This document shows, piece by piece, positions 58,154-64,000 of a DNA stretch of 64,000 bases (the stretch's first letter is position 1; every line of letters begins with the position of its first letter). The stretch is from NCBI RefSeq assembly GCF_009914755.1, contig NC_060947.1; one strand, 5' to 3'. The notes below the pieces were generated by a model that did no database searches, was not told the origin of the DNA, and saw only the letters and a list, made by a program, of their open reading frames with translations. The stretch comes from the human T2T-CHM13v2.0 reference genome, Homo sapiens. The position numbers and the translations under genes are program-made.

Positions 58154-58864
58154 TATGCAGGGAAATAAAATAAAATTTTATAAAATATGAACGCTTTATA
58201 TATGGACACTTTATAGTAAAGAAAAAATATATATGAAAAGTAAAGTAAAAGGTTGAAGAGGGATATAGAACAGTAAAATTGTCAGAGGAATAAAAAAAAT
58301 GATAGAAACTACAAAAAATGGAAAAGACCATTCAGAAAACCACGGAGGCCAGGCTAGAGAAATTGCACAAACACAAGGACATGCAAAGACACGTGCAGAC
58401 ACATATTCACTATAAAGTGACAGAAGTTAGAAGAGAGAATGTGATGTGTTTAGATGACAAGTTTCAGCATTTATGTAACTGGTGTTCTTGAAGAAATTAA
58501 CAGATCAACAAAAAAGAAAAAAATAAACAGCATTCAAATACTCATAGCAGAGAAATTCTCTGAAATGATGAAAGACATATATCTGAAAGTCCAAATGACA
58601 TGCTGTTTTAGGGAAATGATACAAAATAATCAACTCCGGAACATATCTTGGGGAAGTCACTACATGCGAATTATAAATAATCCAATAGATGTCTAGACAG
58701 GGAGAAAAGCAGATCACTTATGCAAGGGTGGAAATTATTATGAGTTTTCCACAGGAACATTCAATGCCAGAAGTCACTGAAACAAAACATACAGAATTTT
58801 TTGGAAAAAAAGAAAGATCAAGACTCTATAATTTTATAATTCAAAAAAGCTCATCAAAGAACAA

Positions 58865-59257
58865 AAGTGTTAGACAGACAAATACTGCAAGGTCTGCCTT
58901 ATATGTGGAGTATAAAACATTGAACTCATACAAGTACAGAATAGAATACTGGTTACCAGTGGCTTGCAGAGAGGAAGAAATTAGGAAAATGTTCATCAAA
59001 GGACACAAAATTTCAATTAGATAGGAGGAATAAGCTCAAGAGATCTATTGTACAATATGATGACTATACTTAATAATGATATACTGTATTCTTGAAAACT
59101 GAAAATAGAGTATATTTTAAGTGTTCTCACCACAAAAAGGATATGTGAAATAATGCATATGTTAATTGGCTCGATTTAGCCATTCCACAATGTATACATA
59201 TTTTAAAACATTATTTTGTACACAATAAATATATACAACTTTTATTTGTCAAAAAAA
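58865..59257 (+). mobile_element. L1MA (MA5-MA8-like) 3' end
   Basis: tcaaaggacacaaaatttcaattagataggaggaataagctcaagagatctattgtacaa...gatttagccattccacaatgtatacata...atttgtcaaaaaaa. Confidence 0.85.
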
Positions 59258-59599
59258 TGTACAAAGGATGTGGCACTTAAGCATTAGTACCCATGACAAC
59301 ATTAAGCCAATTAAGAAAGCAATAAAAAATAAATAATTCAGCCACAGATAAGTTGTAGTTTAAACGAAAACCATTGATAATCCATTTAAGTATTTAATAT
59401 ATAATAGTGATGAAAAATATAAAATTTAACTTAATAATAAATATTATATTCATTGATAATTCAAAAATGAGGAAAGGAAATTGATTCAGAGTTTGAAAAT
59501 AAGGGAGGCCATATGTGCACGTGTATAACACACATTAGAGCAAATGTAAAGTAAAACCAGAAAATGACATTAATATCATTGAAAAATTTAAGAGAAATA

Positions 59600-61040
59600 A
59601 TTTAATGACATTTTTAAAAGAGATATTTTGTATTGAAAATGGTTACAATCCACAATGAAGAGCTTGCTGTCCTCTGTTTTGAAACGTTATGGACAAATAA
59701 CATAGCATCAAATTCATAGATCAAACTCTCAGGAAGAAATGGAGAGAAACTTATTAGTTATAGAGATTTTAAATCATGTGTTGTAGCTCAGCACAAATAA
59801 AATACGCAAAAATCAATAATGCAGATAATTATTTTAAATAGTTAATAAGGTCAAATATATAGATAAAACAATGTATGCTGTAATTAGACAATAAACTTTC
59901 TTTCAAGCAAATTCCCAAAAATAGAAAATATACAGGCCAAATTATCCAACTACAGAGCTATGCAACTAGCTACTTATTAAAAAAAAAAAAAGAAAAAACC
60001 AACAGAGCAAAATAATGATGTAGAAATTATTAGCAACAAAAACAAATTGTTTGCCGTATAGTTCTTCTTCCATATAGAAAACTAAAATTAAAATCACAAA
60101 CTATCTGAAAATGGAGATAATAGAAAGAAAATGTATCAAAGGCTTTGATCAAAGCTATCTCAGAGGAAGTTACGTTGTCATATAAAGTTACACCATTAAG
60201 TATGAAAGAAAGAAAACATGTAATAAGTAAGTAAAATTAAAGTAACTTAACATAAAGCAAAAAATAAATGATTAATAATATAAATAAAATATTAATGATT
60301 ATGAAAAGTGAAAAAAATAGAAGAGCAATAAACTACTTCCAAAAGTTTGGTGTGCCAAAAAATTGAGAAGATATAAAAATCACTAGCTAATATAATCAGC
60401 AAATAATTGAGAAATCAAAAATATAGAAAATTACAAATAACATGGGAAAATGATATAAAATGCTAATAATGTTTTAAGTATAAGAAAATTATTTGCACAA
60501 ATTGTATGCAAATTAAATAACTGGATAAAAGAACTTTCTAGAAAAATATATCAAAATTTATTCACAATAATAAATAATACCTAAACAGTTATTTTATTTA
60601 TTTATTTTTAATTTTTTTTTTTTTTTTGAGATGGAGTCTCACTCTGTCGCCCAGACTGGAGTGCAGTGGCACAATCTCAGCTCACTGTAAACTCCGCCTC
60701 CTGGGTTCATGCCATTCTCGTAACCAGTAACTACGGGAGAAACTAAAAATATTTTTCAGAGCTAATCTTCCCCAGAATTTCCCGTTCATAATTTCAGAGA
60801 GAAGTTTTCCAAAATGAAGAACATAAAGATAATTCCAGTACTATTTAAAAAGGTACAGAACACAGAAAAGAATCAAGGTTTCATGGTTTCATGTTTTTAA
60901 TAAAGTAAACATTGCATAGATAGCAAAGTTTCACAAACATAACACAATGAAAACTACAGAACAGTCTCATTGTGTATTATTGATGCCAAAAATTTAAATA
61001 GGATATTGCGTAGAACTTCCAGTAGCATATTAAGAAGAAA
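59600..61040 (+). mobile_element. Very old L1M ORF2 remnant
   Basis: A-rich; aaaactacagaacagtctcattgtgtattattgatgccaaaaatttaaataggatatt is a degenerate NYRPISLMNIDAKILNKI motif. Confidence 0.6.
60590..60720 (-). mobile_element. Heavily 5'-truncated AluY-like element (3' ~95 bp plus tail)
   Basis: tgagatggagtctcactctgtcgcccag...ctgggttcatgccattctc; possible TSD taaacagtta/taaccagtaa. Confidence 0.88.
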
Positions 61041-61164
61041 AATCAACCACTTTATTCCTCAGTTTTCTCATCCAATCAATGGGGAATTAAACAAGCTCAT
61101 AGGAATTTAGTGAGGGCCAAATAAGTCAACCCAGGTAAAGAGTTTAGAGAACAACCACTGAATC

Positions 61165-61240
61165 ATAGTAGATGCATGGATAGAGAGATAGAGAGAGAGA
61201 GAAACAGACAGACATGGATAAAGGTAGGTAGATAGATTTA
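61165..61240. repeat. Degenerate (TAGA)/(GA) simple repeat
   Basis: gatagagagatagagagagagagaaacagacagacatggataaaggtaggtagatagat. Confidence 0.75.
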
Positions 61241-62479
61241 TTGCCAATTTTGTCCATTTAAAAAAGGTACAGAGGAAGTGGCACTTATGTAATAAATATT
61301 TGAGTTCACGGCTGACCATTGCTCAGTACTGAGCACTGATATGTGTTTGTTTGTGTCTTTGTTGTCTGTCTTACCTCCTATAATGCATGAGCCATAAGCA
61401 AATCAACTTTGTCTTGTACGATGCTGCATCATTCCGGAAGGATATTTTCACAGGGTGTGGAATGGGATTAGTTCTTATGCTTATAAAATCATTGGCTTCC
61501 AATGAGTGACAATTCCATAAACCAACTGGTGTAAAACAAACTTTCTTCTTGGCCCCCGCCCTAGCAGAGCTGAAAACAATAGATTTTCCATTTTTCTATC
61601 AGCCCTTGGATCGCTTTACCTCAAAAAGAATTTGTTATGTGAAAACCACATACTTTGAACAAAAATTAGCTTATTTTGGCAAGTGTGACAAAATTTCTTC
61701 AGAATTCTGCTAGGATAGTTTGAGGGTAAGAAGAATTAGTATGCTTCCCAGGCCATCCCCAACCCAGGCCCTTCAATGAAGTACTATAGGGGTTATTTTC
61801 TTACCTGACAGAATCTAACCCACTTTCTGAGAACCAAATTATCTGAGTTAGTGTATCTCCTCCTGGGAGTGCATGTGCTTCATTGAAATTCACTGAAGTC
61901 ACTCATCAGAGGATCTAATTGTCTGTCCCTGTGAGACTGTCAGCCACAAGAAATGTGTCACTGATTTTAACAATAAAAAGTTAGTTTCTGAAGTTGTTCC
62001 ATTTGAAATGGATGGGGTTCAAATGTCCTCTGAGTAGGCAGCATAGAGTGTCCTGCTTATAAATGTGGAACTTCATTAGGTTACACACCCACTATTATCT
62101 CACTTTTCATTTCAAAAACTTACTCTCTTTTGTCACAATCACTCCTATAGGTCTGATTTTGGCAGGCCTATGCTATTTGCAGAGTAGATTAAACATCAGA
62201 AGCAAAAAGCCAATCAAGATGCCTTAATAGTTAAAAGGAAAATGTATGATCACCTATTATACCTCCCACAATTTTCAGATAACAAAGAATGATAGTCTAC
62301 AATGACAATACTTTTTCTGCACTATGCCACCTCACTTCCATGCCAAACTTAAGTCATGCATTGTGAATAACAAACATAAAATGAAGGTATATTTAAGAAT
62401 TGGTTCCAACTGGGTGACATGAAAAAAAGAAGCCTCCCTTATGAAAGATTTGCCACATGAAAAACATCAAGAGAACTTC

Positions 62480-63540
62480 TGATTGAAAATGACATCTAGG
62501 ATAGAACCACTTCTGAAATGGCAGAGTAAGGACTTCCAAATTTTCATTTTTCCATGAAAGCAATGAAAATGTCAGCAAAAACTGTCAAAAGTAATTGTTT
62601 CAGAATTACAGAAATTAACAAAAGGCTTGTGGCAATCTAAGAAATGTTTATTGAAGAAAAACAACAAGAAGAGTAAGAACAGTAAAGTTTGTAGAGTTTT
62701 AATTGTTTTATTCCCATTCCCCACTCCAGAGTGCCACAGAATCCTTGAAAACAGCCTCACAACAACAATAGTTGCTAAAAGTAGCGACCTAGCAGACCAT
62801 GTAGAATGCAGAATTGGTATGGAACTCTTAACACACAATATCCAAAGAATAGTCATCATTTGACCTTTCTGGCAGCTTACTGAAAACACTACTTGGAAAT
62901 AAAAAAAAAAAAAAAACATAGCGTTTGTCTTTACTTAATCTGATTCTGAGCTCTCTTGAGTGGAAAAGTCTTATCCCCAGGTTTTCTGTCAAAAGCAATA
63001 TCCAAAAATTAGCTGGGCATGGTGGCAAGCACCTGTACCAGGTTATTCAGGAGGCTGATGTGGGAGGATCAATTGAGCTCTGGAGGTTGAGGCTACAGTG
63101 AGCCATGATTGTGCCACTGCACTGCAGCTTGGGTGACAGAACAAGACTCTGTCTTAAAAAAAACCCATCAATTTCTTAATATTTCAGCTGCATGAAGTGA
63201 TGATAGCAGTTAGGATTAAGAAGAGATTGGTCAAAAATATAAAATGAATGCCTGTGGAATGAGATGTTCATAGGGGGCTTTGAAAAACTGCATGCTTTTC
63301 TGGGGACGTACAAGGCAATGCATAAATAGAGGGCTGTGTAAATGCCCAGAGAACGCCGGGAAAGACTCAAAGCTTTCATCTTTTACTGATCATAGGGTTC
63401 TACATAAGCAGAAAGTGAAAGCTAAGGAAAAATTGTCAACTGCCTGCCTGAGAGATTAAGACATGCCTAAGTACAGACATAGAGACCTTGAAAAAATCTG
63501 GGAGAAATATCGATTTGGGGATTTAAGTAAACTTCTGTTT
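62480..63540 (+). mobile_element. L1M4-type 5' end remnant, split by an Alu monomer
   Basis: acttctgaaatggcagagtaaggacttcc..aaaaactgtcaaaagtaattgtttcagaattacagaaattaacaaaaggcttg. Confidence 0.55.
63003..63163 (+). mobile_element. AluJ right arm / FRAM
   Basis: aaaaattagctgggcatggtggc...gggaggatcaattgagc..gaggttgaggctacagtgagccatgattgtgccactgcac (J-type diagnostics). Confidence 0.88.
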
Positions 63541-64000
63541 AATCATGATCTGTCTACTTCATCTGCTTAGATTATTCAGGGAATCAGACTGTGAAGGCAG
63601 AGGGAAGAAAACAGTTCAGTATGGAAGATTTGTACTCAATGAAAGATGCTGACATGAAGAATCTGTGTGCATGAATCATATTTTGACAGATGGCATTTCA
63701 TTTTTAAGTCACTAGAGCAGTTGTATATTGGTATGGAATGTAGTACTTTTCAGTTACCTGGATGCTATGGGTCAGGAGAAATAATAATGTAAATACATCT
63801 CCAGAAGAATATCTACCCAATGGCCAACACCAAGGGAGCACTAACTGCCACTTTCAGTGGCCTCACGTTCTACTAAGAGCTCCGTTTCCCACAAGCATCG
63901 CTATGAACATCAAGGCAATACCACCAAATGAGGACCAGTAGGCTGGTTAGTCTTATGTCTTGCCCAGTTTGCTGCAAATGAATACCTTTTTTTGAATCTC

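Noticed and set aside
61805-61960. Possible minus-strand exon (CAG/GTAAG donor seen as cttacctg at ~61800)
   Set aside because: Acceptor is weak, there is no ORF support, and isolated splice-like motifs are common by chance.

Overview
Primate (very probably human or great ape, from AluY and L1PA2-type diagnostics) non-coding DNA, either intergenic or deep intronic. It is AT-rich, CpG-poor and mostly (roughly 70% by eye) transposable-element debris: old L1M/L1MA/L1PB pieces, four THE1 (MaLR) elements that keep their internal sequence plus a solo THE1 LTR, MER41- and MER61-like ERV1 sequence, MLT1/MST LTRs, Alus, MIR/L2 and DNA transposons (MER2, MER3, MER45, MADE1), often nested with readable target-site duplications (TSDs). 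I find no host protein-coding gene, RNA gene or CRISPR-like system; the ORFs in the track are repeat-derived or chance ORFs. The features not explained by ordinary repeat annotation are (1) a ~190-bp, high-identity inverted duplication at 43013-43205 / 44627-44808, (2) a short THE1-internal patch inserted in a MER61-like LTR at ~26771-26802, (3) a dense nuclear-receptor half-site cluster followed by a TATA box in unique DNA at 54174-54236, (4) a clean twin-primed L1PA2, and (5) several repair or rearrangement scars. Subfamily names are from my recall of consensus sequences, not from a database search. I see no evidence for a new multi-gene biological system.
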